Source of the DNA: Eledone cirrhosa
Taxonomy: Eukaryota
DNA: 64,000 nucleotides
Reading direction: 5' to 3'
NCBI GenBank assembly: GCA_964016885.1
Contig: OZ024752.1
Location: 44,144,001 to 44,208,000 of the forward strand
Positions within the stretch are counted from its first letter, which is position 1. Each line of letters begins with the position of its first letter. The notes beneath the pieces are model-generated. The model saw only the letters and a list, made by a program, of their open reading frames with translations. It ran no database searches and had not been told where the DNA came from. Below are positions 48,901 through 61,147 of the stretch, one piece after another. Both the position numbers and the translations under genes were made by a program.

Positions 48901-51900
48901 TATTCTAAATTTTTGTGTATGAGGGGTCCCCCCAAACCTGAAATGCCCCGGGCCCTCCAAGGTCTAAATTCAACCCTAACCACCAGATCATTGACCTATA
49001 ATCTCGGAGACATAACTTTCGCATATAGAAGAATCGCATCTGGGTCACCAGTTGAAGCAAAGTCTAATTGTAAGTAAACATCACTACTAAAATACTGGTG
49101 AAGTAAAACTAGTTACTAAGTTAGTATCTAGGTACTTGTGTTGACTTAGTCACCGAATTTACCACAACCAATAGACTTCGCTTCATGAGTATATATATAT
49201 ATATATATATATATATGGTACCCCAACATTGCCTCAGTCGGCTCTAACATAAAATAAAGTAAAGAGTATATATATAATGTGTGTGTGTGTGTAAATTGAG
49301 AAACTGGCATAAGAGGGATCAGATGCTGTGTACAGGAGAGGAGATTGTGGAGGTATGGACATGTGATGCGTATGAAGGATGACAGCTGAATAAAAAGGTG
49401 CAGGACACTCAAAGCTTACAGAAGAGAAAGACCTAAGAAAGCTTGGAATGAGGTGATAAAAGCTGACCTCATACAATTGCACCGCTCAAAAGAGATGACA
49501 CGGGATCAAGATCTCTGGCATTATACAGTACTGCAGAAGACCTCTCTTCCCGTGTACACAAGATGAAGCAGCATCTAGTGGTCTCTAGCATAGATAGGTA
49601 TAAATGGCTGATATAATTACAAAACGTTATGGTGATTGACTGGGTTAAGAAGTCTTACTAGGAATATATTTGGGTTATCTTGGTGGCTGGATATATCCAC
49701 TTCTGCTTAGTTCATCATTTTCAGATAATCAGAAAATGTTTATATCAATGTACTTTATGAAAGTATTATATTGAGTTTTTATCTATTGTTGTAAATTTTC
49801 TGTTACTTAGTTACTATCAAATAAGACAAGGAATAAGAAATGTATTAAGTAATCCTGCTGATACTGCCAGATTGTTGCCTATTGTTGTTGCTGGTTTGCG
49901 TGTTTGTTACTGGAGTATTATATACTTCATGTTGTGTATAAAATTACCCCTTACCCTTTTGTCTTTTCTCTCAATATGGCCACCCCTTCTGTTATTATTT
50001 ACTACTACTTACAACACTATTGTATTTCTAGAATTTTGTTACATAAATTTTGTATACAATTATAAAGAATTTTCTCTGCTTGTTTGTTTTGTTTTTTTCC
50101 TGCTCCATTGCATTTACTCATGTATTTGAAGAGAAAGAGGTGAGAGAATTCTGGCTGGATGTGGCTGGTTTAAATGCTAAAGGTTTAAGCCATGCATGTC
50201 CTATTTACTAACATTTATTTCATTATTTTCATAATGATGTGGTTGATGAAATAATTTACTGTTCAACTTTCTGAATACATTCCACTCCTGCATATTTCAG
50301 ATATGTAAACACCTTCACTAATTACCATTATTTGACTATTTCATTGTTGAATAACAAAACACTATTGTTAAATTTTACTTTAACCTTTCTGTTACTGTAT
50401 TTATAATGAAATATTTTAATCAATTAATGAAGAATTTTGGAAGGGTTTACTAAAATTATGTTGGAAGGTTTATATATCATTATATATATATATATGCATT
50501 ATCGTGAATGCATGTGGTTTTGTGGTTAGGGAATTCGGCTCACAATCATAAGGTCATGAGTTCAATTCCCAGTGGCGTATTGTGTCCTTGAGCAAGACAC
50601 TTTATTTCACATTGCTTCAGTCCACTTAGCTTGCAAAAATGAGTTGTGCCTGTAATTCTAACGGCCAACCTTGTCACATTCTGTGTCTTGCTGAATCTCC
50701 CTGACTACTACGTTAAGAGTACACGTGCCTGTGGAGTACTCAGCCACTCGCATGTTAATTTCACAAGCAGGCTGTTCTGTTGATCAACTGGAACACTCGT
50801 CGCTATAATTAATGTTTTAATGTATTCTTTTCTAAATTCTATTCCAGGTCAATGTATATTTGCTGTGGAAGATGATTCTTTTGAAAGCGTTTTTGTCTGT
50901 GAAAATAAAACACTGAAATCCAGAATCAACAAAGCCACCGTAATAATCAAAAGTGAATCTACAGCAAACTTGACTTTCTATTCTCAAAGTACAGAATGTT
51001 GGAAAGTTAGTGTTTCTATTGCTTCTTGTGCTCTGTTGATCATATTGTGTATATTGTATGTATATATATATCATCATTTTACGTCCACTCTTCCCTGCTT
51101 GTATAATGACTGTATGTATTTAATGACTATATATTGTATGTATATATATTGAGTATATATATATATGTATAATGACTGTATATGTGCATGTATATAATGA
51201 CTATATATTGTATGTGTATATTGAGTATATATGTATGTATATATTGAGTATATATGTATGTGTATATTGAGTATATATGTATGTGTATATTGAGAATATT
51301 ACACATACATATCCATGCAGCCTAACACGCACATGTGTATAGTAGAAGATTGTAGCAATTACCTAAATACCATGTGACCAATATCTCTTATGTTCGGAAT
51401 AAAATTGAGTGATTGATTGTTTTTCATTTTTCAGTGTAAATTAAAGTTAGTTGCTTACATCAAGCCTGGAAGTATATGTCTCTTAAGAGTGGATTCCCGA
51501 TGGCCTGTACAGTTTAAAGTTCAGGAAGAAGAAAATGACTTATGTCAGTAAGTATTGATAGTTTTTGTTTTCTATATTACAAATATAGGAAGAATATATG
51601 ACAAGATAGAATGTCTGTTTGAAGATCTTGTGAAGATCTTTCATTTTTCCTGCTTAGATATACATAGAAAATGTTTCCCATCCAAATTAAAGTACCTTTC
51701 TTTTGTTTAATTCTATCTTCCTTTGTTTCTGTCTTCCTTTGTTTTAAATATTAAAGTGTGTTTTTCTATTTCTATTAGTACAGAGTTTGTGATATATATT
51801 ATGAGAAACTGAAGCTTATTGACTTGTTACTCTGAATTTCATGCTAGCAACTATTCAAACTACTGAAGCTAAAGATGTGACAATATCAAAGCAAAAATAT

Positions 51901-54900
51901 TTGTAAACACATCAAATGATGATTAATTATCGAAATTTGATTCATTGCTAAAAAGAAATGTTAGAAAATGTCCCACATTAATAAGGAAACATGTATTTGA
52001 TGGGTTGGATGGGTATATATACATGGGTTGGATGGGTATCTATACATATTTCCTTGTGGTTCATTGGCTGATATACACATCTGATAACATCAAAACAGTT
52101 CAATAAAATCTGAAAATCAATTAAAGAGTATTTTGAGTATATATGTATGTATATATTGAGTTATGTCAGGTCACCAGTTGGTGCTACTGGTAACATGTAT
52201 CCCAGTACAACCTGTCTCATGGTCGGGTCGTTGGCGACTAAACTGGCAACCCCACCAAGGTTTCTTGGTGAGGAGGGTGACTTTGGACATCCTGCAGGAC
52301 TAAAAACAAAACCTGTCAAAGGGCAAAGGAGTTCTTAAGAGTCAATGGCCATCCAAATTCACCAGGAGAGATGACCCCTTAGCCTTTGTCAAGGCAGAAT
52401 TCTAGGAGAAGGAAAACTCTGATATAACACCTGCAACCCTGATGGTATCCAATGATGTTGACTTGTTCTTCTTTTTGGTAAATATCATCTTGGTTAAGAG
52501 AGTGGGACTGGCTTTGTGCAGTGCCTTTGCTCACTATAAAAGCTTCACGGCACAGGCATTGCTTTGTATCTGGAGATATCTCTGCACTTGTCATCACATG
52601 GTACCATGGGCCCAGCACTATGTGTCAATAGTTGTCGCAAGTGTTGTGTTTGTACCAGAGTTTTCAAGTCGCTGGCTGGACTAAAAAGTCACACTTGTTC
52701 AATGCATCGGTAGGGGTTCTCCTACATGGATATAAAGTAGTGGCCGTACTCGAAAACGAGTTGGCATCCACCATATATTGAGTATATATGTATGTATATA
52801 TTGAGTATATATGTATGTATATATTGAGTATATATGTATGTATATATTGAGTATATATGTATGTATATATTGAGTATATATGTATGTATATATATGTGTG
52901 TATATATTGAATATATATGTGTGTATATATTGAGTATATATGTGTGTATATATTGAGTATATATGTCTGTATATATCAGTATATATGTCTGTATATATCA
53001 GTATATATGTCTGTATATATCAGTATATATGTCTGTATATATTGAGTATATATATGTGTGTATATATCAGTATATATGTGTCTATATATCAGTATATATG
53101 TGTATATATTGAGTATATATCAGTATATATGTGTGTATATATTGAGTATATATGTGTGTATATATCAGTATATATGTCTGTATATATCAGTATATATGTG
53201 TATATATTGAGTATATATGTGTATATATTGAGTATATATGTATGTGTATATTGAGTATATATCAGTATATATGTATGTATATATGTGCGTATATATATGG
53301 AGTATATATGTATGTGCGAACTGCAGCATTCTTCTGTTATTCCAATGTCAGTATTCTCCCTACTGACTGAGCCAGGAAACCCCTGCCAACCATTCTCTCT
53401 AGTACAACTTCTTGATATTTGTCACAATACATATGTTTATGGCCAGTCACACACACACACACAGATAAAGTTATACACATACATATGCTTTTCTACTTTC
53501 AATTTTAGGAGCTCTACATTCCATTTTAAAGAAAATGGTATTTACAATTTATTGGTTTACAACAGAACAGAATGTTCTCAGAAACTCACAAATAAGCCAG
53601 CAGACGTCAACATCCGTATGTTTTTACTTTAATTTTGATCTATTTTTATATTTCTCTGTAATGAATTATACATTTGTTATGATAATGAAATAATAATCAG
53701 AGTTGCTGAAGCATGGAACCAACTACCTATATCAGTTGTTGAAGCATGTTGTAACACTGCATCTGATATTCTCCCCTCTATACTCTCGCATGTATCATGA
53801 CTCATACACTGTTCACGTTCCTGACAATTGTACATTATTCTATGTACTCTGGTGGATTGGCAGTATCGGTAGAGGGTCGGACGCCATGCTTTGAGTTACG
53901 GCCCTTGCCATTCTGAGTTCAAATCCCGCCGAGGTTAACTTTGCCTTTCATCCTTACGGGGTCGATAAAATAAAGTACCAGTAATGCACTGGGTAATTGC
54001 TAGTCTTTTGCCAAAAGTAGAAACACTTATTCTATGTACTATACATGCACCTTTGATGGGTTGTAGTGCACCTGAGCACTGTACACATTAATTTTCATTA
54101 TTATTATTATTTAAATTCGAAAGAAAATAGGATTTACAAATATATTTTTATCGATCTTGTAGGATTTCTTTTATATCTGCTGCTATAATATAAAATAACT
54201 ACAGATGCTCGTTTTCATGTTTTAAGATTAAAAATACTCCAATACAGATTATCTGATTAATTTAACTATTTTATGTACTTTACATCTGTTTTTCTAGCCA
54301 TTTATATCGTCATAGCTGTTATATTTTTCATCATCATATTGAGAAATGCTTGCTACTTTAAAAGGTAACATATTCTTCCTTTTTTATTATATAAAACTGA
54401 ATTTCTTACTTTCAACTTTTTTTATGATGATGATGATGTGTAGTTGTTTTATGTGGTTTTCCTTCATTGCAGAAGTGCATTCTTCAGAAAAATTGTTGCA
54501 CGATTTAGTCAAGATAAATTAATTGAAGCAGTAAGTTTATCAATGTTTCTTTTTCTTTTTTTTTTTTGTAGTGGTGGTGGTGGTTAGTCCTTATTGTACA
54601 GAGCATTTTAGCCATGACTGTCCTGTCTTTGACTGGACATCATGTATACCTTCTTTTGTCTTCTTCTGCTATCCTTCTTTCTGAGGTGAAGCATTCATTT
54701 TGCTTTTTCTAATGGCTAGAATATCCACACCTTCATAAACAACCACACCACCGATGTTGTCTAAGGGAAGGACAATGGCCGATACAGCTTGGCACTATTG
54801 ACATTGCAGCTAATTTCTGCAGTTGAGTAAACTGGAGCAATATGAAATAAAGTGTCTTGCTCAAGGGCACAACACATCACCCAGTCAAAGAATCGAGCTC

Positions 54901-55654
54901 ACAACCTCCTGATTACATTACTAAGCCATACACCTTCCCATATAGTCTACATTATTCATCATCTCCGTTTCTAAAATGTTAGTGTTGTACAGTTTGAGGG
55001 ATATTTGGCTGTTTCTTTCTTTATAGTTTAGTGTATTTTGATAATTAATGTTTTCTTAGGATCTGGGTTCACCAGACAGCATCAACCCGACAGACGATAA
55101 TGAGAGTTTCCACAGTCGTATACTGATACGTGAAAGATTAAAATCTCTTGATACATTTCGAGGGTAAGCAATCCATTAGTTCTTATCAATAATAAAGAGG
55201 AACAACCAGATTTCAATTCTGATATTCCACTTAATATTTATTCATAATAAATCAGAAGAAATTGTTATCTTCAAAAATATTCTTAAAACGACTGAATTGA
55301 TAATGTATTGATCTATTAATTTCAAAGTTCATAATTCTACATTGTCTTTTGTGTCCTTAAGTAATATTGAAAATTGGTTTGTTTGAAAAGAGGCACCATT
55401 AATGATGTATTTATTAATGATGTATTTATTAATGATATATTTAGTAATGATGTATTTATTAATTATTTTAATATTGTATCTTCTTCCAGAATTAGTATCA
55501 TAATCATGATATTTGTCAATTATGGAGGTGGTCAATATTGGTTCTTCAAACATTCACCTTGGAATGGATTAACAGTTGCAGATATAGTATTTCCCTGGTA
55601 AAATAACCTTTCTTTATTCATTGTCGTTGATCCACTTTTCTGTATGTATGTCTG

Positions 55655-55701
<47 letters not shown>

Positions 55702-58700
55702 TGTATGTATGTATGTACTGTATCTATGTATGTATGTATGTATGTATGTATGTATGTATGTATGTCAGGTCACCAGTTGGTGCTACTGGTAACATGTATC
55801 CCAGTACAACCTGTCCCATGGTCGGGTCGTTGGCGACTAAACTGGCAACCCTACCAAGGTTTCTTGGACATCCTGCAGGACTAAAAACAAAACCTGTCAA
55901 AGGAGCTCTTAAGAGTCAATGGCCATCCAAAATCACCGGGAGAGATGACCCCTTAGCCTTTGTCAATGCAGAATTCTAGGAGAAGGAAAACTCTGATATA
56001 ACACCTGCAACCCTGATGGTATCCAATGATGTTGACTTGTTCTTCTTTTTTGGTAAATATCATCTTGGTTAAAAGAGTGGGACTGGCTTTGTGCAGTGCC
56101 TTTGCTCACTATAAAAGCTTCACGGCACAGGCATTGCTTTATATCTGGAGATATCTCTGCACTTGTCGTCACATGGTACCATGGGCCCAGCACTATGTGT
56201 CAATAGTTGTCGCAAGTGTAGTGTTTGTACCAGAGTTTTCAAGTTGCTGGCTGGACTAAAAAGTCACACTCGTTCAGCGCATCGGTAGGGGTTCTCCTAC
56301 ATGGATATAAAGTAGTGGCCGTACTCGAAAACGAGTTGGCAGCCACCATGTATGTATGTATGTATGTCTGTATGTTTCCATTGTTTCTGTATGTCTGTTT
56401 AATTTCAGGTTTGTCTTCATCATGGGAACATCTATGGCGTATAGTTTTCGAAGTATGATGCGCAAGGATTTAAAAAAACGGACAATTATGAAAAAAATAA
56501 TTTGGAGAACATTAGTGTTATTTTTCTTTGGCATAATAATCAACTGTATGAATACAAAGTGTAAGTTTTGTTTATTTAATATTTCTGTTTTTATATAATA
56601 AATTGTTGTAAAATTAATTAATTAATTCTATTTTATTTATTTGAACATCTTCTTTGAAAACGTTCCAGAAATTTGAAGAAATATTAATACATAATTGTAA
56701 ATGTCATTCAGATTGGGGTAAGACAAAATAAAATTTGAGGTTGAACTGGTCGTGAGAACTTGTAATTGATAAAATAATGAAGGGCAGGAAAAAAATGGAA
56801 TAAAACAGTTTTGAGCTATTTACACTGGCCGTAACCTTCACTAATAATGATAATAGTAATAATGTTAACAATGATGATGATAGCTCTCATAATGTTTATT
56901 ATAATAGGACTGTGTTATAATGTTGAATATCAACTTGTATTTTTGTTTTTCATCAGCTATCAAATTGGGTAAAATCCGAATCCCTGGAGTTCTACAACGG
57001 TTTGCTGTCACATATTTTATTGTAGCTGTAACACACATGTTTTCTGCCAGACCAGCAGATAGCCACCAGGTAAATTATTGGAATTATCAACAGTTTAGAT
57101 GTTATAATTAATTCATTTCTCATTTCTGTTCTTTACATATAATTATTGTCAAATAGGATGTAAAATTTATTTTTTTTAAATTTTATTTTATTTCATTTTT
57201 ACGTGCATTAAATGAATTTTTTAAAAACTTTGTGACAATGAAATTCTTATCATTGTTGGCAGCTCACCTTACCGAGGTACCAGGTGATGTCTGCAGGTGT
57301 GGTACCACAAGCTTTATATATGAATATAAAATACTTATTTTTTTAATGTTTCAGTTTGTTTGGTGGAGTCCAATCCAAGATCTTGTTATTTATTGGCTTG
57401 ACTGGGCTGTTGGATTAAGTCTACTTGTTATCTATCTTAGTTTGACGTTTGGTTTACATCTGCCAGACAACTGTCCACAGTAAGTTTAACTTGGAAACAT
57501 TTTCTTCTTTCATTTCACTTACCCAATACACTACTTGAGAAATAATTTATTTAAAATTCTATTTATTATTATTGTTATTATTTTATTTTATTCATTATAT
57601 ATATTTTATTGCCATAGCTATCTTAGTCTTTTAAGTCAGGCTGCTGTCATTGACGCCATTAGCTGTTTTAACAGATATTCTTCTCTTGAGTTTCCTCATT
57701 TTTCTATGAATTCAAATATACTCACACTTCATCTCAGAAATGTGTTTATTTAATTAAACCATCTTTTTGGGATTGAAATTTTGCTGAGATATTGATGGAA
57801 AAAATAATCAAAGTGTTACCTCATCATTACTAGAACAATTCATGAAAATAACGATAAAATAATCTTTTGTGTTAACCCTTTTGCTGCCAACTTGGCCAAA
57901 TCTGGCTCTGGTTCTATGAAATAGTCACCCATTTTAAAGGTTTCCAAATTAAATTAAAATCTTCCAACATAATTTTATATAAGAACCTTACATTAAGTAA
58001 TGAAATAATTAATAATTTTAGTAAATCCTTCAAAATTCTTCATTAATTAATTAAAATAGAGTGTATTTCAAAAAAAATGTGTTCATGAAAGGGTTAATGG
58101 CTATTTTAAATAAATCTGTATCTTACAAGGTTTTTATATTCTTACATGTTTTTGTCAAATACATAAAGTTCCTCGCTTTCTTTCTTTTCTTCAGAGGGTA
58201 CTTGGGACCTGGTGGGTTAAGTGAATCTGGTCTTTACAAGAATTGTACAGGTGGTGCAGCTGGCTACATTGATAGACAGGTCTTTAAAAAAGAGCACATG
58301 TATCAAAGAGGAACATATAAGGTATTTCTAATGTCTTTACTACTCTCAACATTACCTAAATATGACCAACTCACCGAGAGGAATTGGTAAAGTGTCAGGC
58401 AAAGTACCTTATGATATTTGGTAATGTACTCATTCTGAGTTGGAACCCTTGTCCAGATCCACTTTACCATTCTGGTCCCTATATAGGTTCTGGGGTCAAT
58501 GTTATTAGCTATACTCTAAAAGCTGGTGACCCAACATTGCTCCATTTTACTGAAACTAATAAGAGAACTCTCTCTCTCTCTCTCCTTTACTTTAACTCTT
58601 AGCTTTAAAGTTGGCTTTAATTTGGATAGTTGTGTATTTCACCACTAGGGGTCACTCCATTTACTTCTGTAATTCACCGCTAGGAGTCACTACAGTTGCA

Positions 58701-60225
58701 TTCCAATATGTCTACCAAACATAGCTAACTATCGTCATCTCTGGTTTTCTCTTAATAGGAAATCTATGATTCTCACAAAAGTTATGATCCAGAAGGACTT
58801 CTTGGCTGCCTTACAACATGTGTCATTTGTTTCCTTGGATTACAGGTTTGTTTAATAGTTTTTAAAAAATGTTATCATCATCATCATTTAACATCCATTT
58901 TTTTCCATGCTAGCATGGGTTAGACGAGTTGTCCAGTTGAGAGACAAGCCAGATCAAATGAATGTGTCTTCTCATACAGAAGTAATTCTGGCTTGGTTTC
59001 TATAACTGGATACCAACACCAACCACATTTGCAGTGTGGCTTATATTTGAGTATATGGCACAGTGGACTGTAGAATTCTGCCTCAAAATATCTCATCCTA
59101 CCCATCTGATATTTATTTAAATGTACCATTTCTTGATTCTATCCTGCTATATGGCTGAGTAGGAATTGTGCTAAGTTATGGAATTTGAGGCAATCTCATA
59201 ATCTGATTGAGAGATATTTCTTTCTTTTTCAGGCAGGAAAAATATTTCTTATGTTTCGAATGAATTTAGAAAGAGTAAAACGATTTCTTATCTGGGCTGT
59301 TGCTATGGTGAGTTCCAGTTATTTATTGATTTCATTGTTTTATTGATTCTGTTCTATTGAAATATTATTTCTTAACAGCTATAAAGACATGTTTTATGGG
59401 AAGTTGGGATGTTCAACCCTTTAGCATTTATGTTACTCTATATATACTATTGTATTTTCACAGTAAAGGCTTTACCTCACGTAATATCTCACATAACATT
59501 TATATTACTCTATATATACTATTGTATTTTCACAGTAAAGACTTTATCTCACATAATATCTCGCATAACATTTACATTACTCTATATTTACTGTTGTATT
59601 TTCACAGTAAAGGCTTTACCTCACATAATTATTTCACCTAACATTTACATTACTCTATATATACTATTGTATTTTCACAGTAAAGGCTTTACCCCACATA
59701 AATATCTTACATAACATTTACATTACTCTATATATACTATTGTATTTTCACAGTAAAGACTTTATCTCACATAATATCTCGCATAACATTTACATTACTC
59801 TATATTTACTGTTGTATTTTCACAGTAAAGGCTTTACCTCACATAATTATTTCACCTAACATTTACATTACTCTATATATACTATTGTATTTTCACAGTA
59901 AAGGCTTTACCTCACATAATATTGAATCTATGAGACTTTGATGTGATTTATTTTGAGAACAATACCTTAACATAAGTATGAGGGGCTGGTTATGGCCTGT
60001 TTGAACAGAAAGAGATGAGAGAATTCTGGCTAGATATGGCCGGTTTAAATCCAAGGGATTATTAATTTTTTAAGATAAAATCTAAATAGTACAAAACTGA
60101 CAAAAAAAAAAAATGTTTCAATGTCTGACATTTCTTATTTTACAGGGTGTAATTGCATTGATTCTTACAGAAGCTTCACTAAATGATGGACCGATTCCTA
60201 TCAATAAAAATCTTTGGTAAGGATA

Positions 60226-60305
<80 letters not shown>

Positions 60306-61147
60306 ACACACTGTTCACTTTCCTGACCTTTCTACATTATTCTGTGTAATTATTCTAAAGTATTTCAACAAGAACTCCATTTATTTTTTCAGGTCTTTGT
60401 CGTTTATTTGTGCAACATCTTCATTAGCGTTCATCATGCTTACATTCTGCTATCTCACAATTGATGTGTGGTCCATCTGGTCTGGAGCTCCCTTTTATTG
60501 GGCAGGTAAGTCACTTTACACACTCACCTCCTCACTTAACCCTTCACCATTTATATTACTCTATATATACTATTGTTTTTTCACGGTAAAGGCTTTACCT
60601 CACATAATATCAAATCTGAGATTTTGATATTATTTATGTTGGGAACAATACCTTAACATCAGTATGAGTTAATATACCAAGTGGTGATATTTGTTTGTTC
60701 TACATGAACAGAGATCCTGCTGCCCGGCAGGATTAGGAGAGGGCCCAGAGCTGGCTAAAAGGACACGTGATCTGATGGGTATTGTAAGTATGTCCAATGT
60801 CCCTAAAATATGTACCTGTATAAATTCAATTCAATATATTTCTCATGTGTAAAATTTGACTTTGTAAACCCCTCACTGCCACCCATCACCAAATATTAGT
60901 AATCTTAATAATAATTAATTATGTAAGTTTATTGCAATTTTAATGTTTATTTATATCTCTTTCTGTTGTAGGAATGAATGCTATAGCTTTGTACATGGCT
61001 CACGAAATATTTTCTAGCAAATTTCCAGTTTTCTGGAAAGTTGAAAGCAATCACACAAATATTTTTATACTGAATATATGGGGTACAGTATTTTGGCTGA
61101 TAGTTGCAGCTTTTATGCATTACAAAGAAGTATATTTCACAGTTTAA
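45986..61147 (+). CDS. HGSNAT: Heparan-alpha-glucosaminide N-acetyltransferase, 597 aa; exons 45986-46025, 50848-51005, 51435-51547, 53509-53615, 54298-54364, 54473-54530, 55060-55163, 55490-55597, 56409-56560, 56957-57069, 57355-57479, 58195-58321, 58759-58845, 59233-59307, 60146-60216, 60393-60505, 60972-61147
   Basis: Signal-peptide-like [19 protein letters not shown]; [94 protein letters not shown]. Total 1794 nt, in frame. Exon 1 is inferred from phase and signal peptide. Confidence 0.92.
49285..49560 (+). mobile_element. Decayed RTE 3' fragment in HGSNAT intron 1
   Basis: [24 protein letters not shown]. Confidence 0.7.
52165..52772 (+). mobile_element. ~600-bp non-autonomous retroposon, copy 1, in (TATG)n-like simple repeat
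   Basis: Highly similar to 55764-56347; internal CTAGGAGAAGGAAAACTCTGA resembles RTE 5' UTRs; 3' stem-loop ACTCG-AAAA-CGAGT. Confidence 0.75.
52775..53315. repeat. Complex (TATATATTGAG/TATATGT)n minisatellite
   Basis: Tandem ~18-20 bp variants; a related array lies at 51140-51300. Confidence 0.85.
53849..54026 (+). mobile_element. Family A SINE inserted into a CR1-like 3' tail
   Basis: 14-bp target duplication TTATTCTATGTACT at 53835-48 and 54027-40; the flanks rejoin into the tail seen intact at 19150-19410. Confidence 0.85.
55764..56347 (+). mobile_element. ~600-bp non-autonomous retroposon, copy 2, in (TATG)n
   Basis: Same family as 52165-52772, with two small deletions; flanked by TATG repeats. 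Confidence 0.75.
59412..60060. repeat. piggyBac-type MITE whose ~61-bp subterminal segment is amplified into ~8 tandem units
   Basis: Repeats of CATTTACATTACTCTATATATACTATTGTATTTTCACAGTAAAGGCTTTACCTCACATAAT..., followed by the normal MITE body. Confidence 0.85.

Noticed and set aside
49872-50129. Hydrophobic ORF as HGSNAT signal-peptide exon
   Set aside because: Weak donor and no ATG start; exon 45986-46025 has an ATG, a GTAAGT donor, the right phase and promoter context.
52940-53370. Tyr/Ile/Val-rich ORFs here and similar short ORFs throughout the window
   Set aside because: Translations of microsatellites or antisense frames of LINEs.
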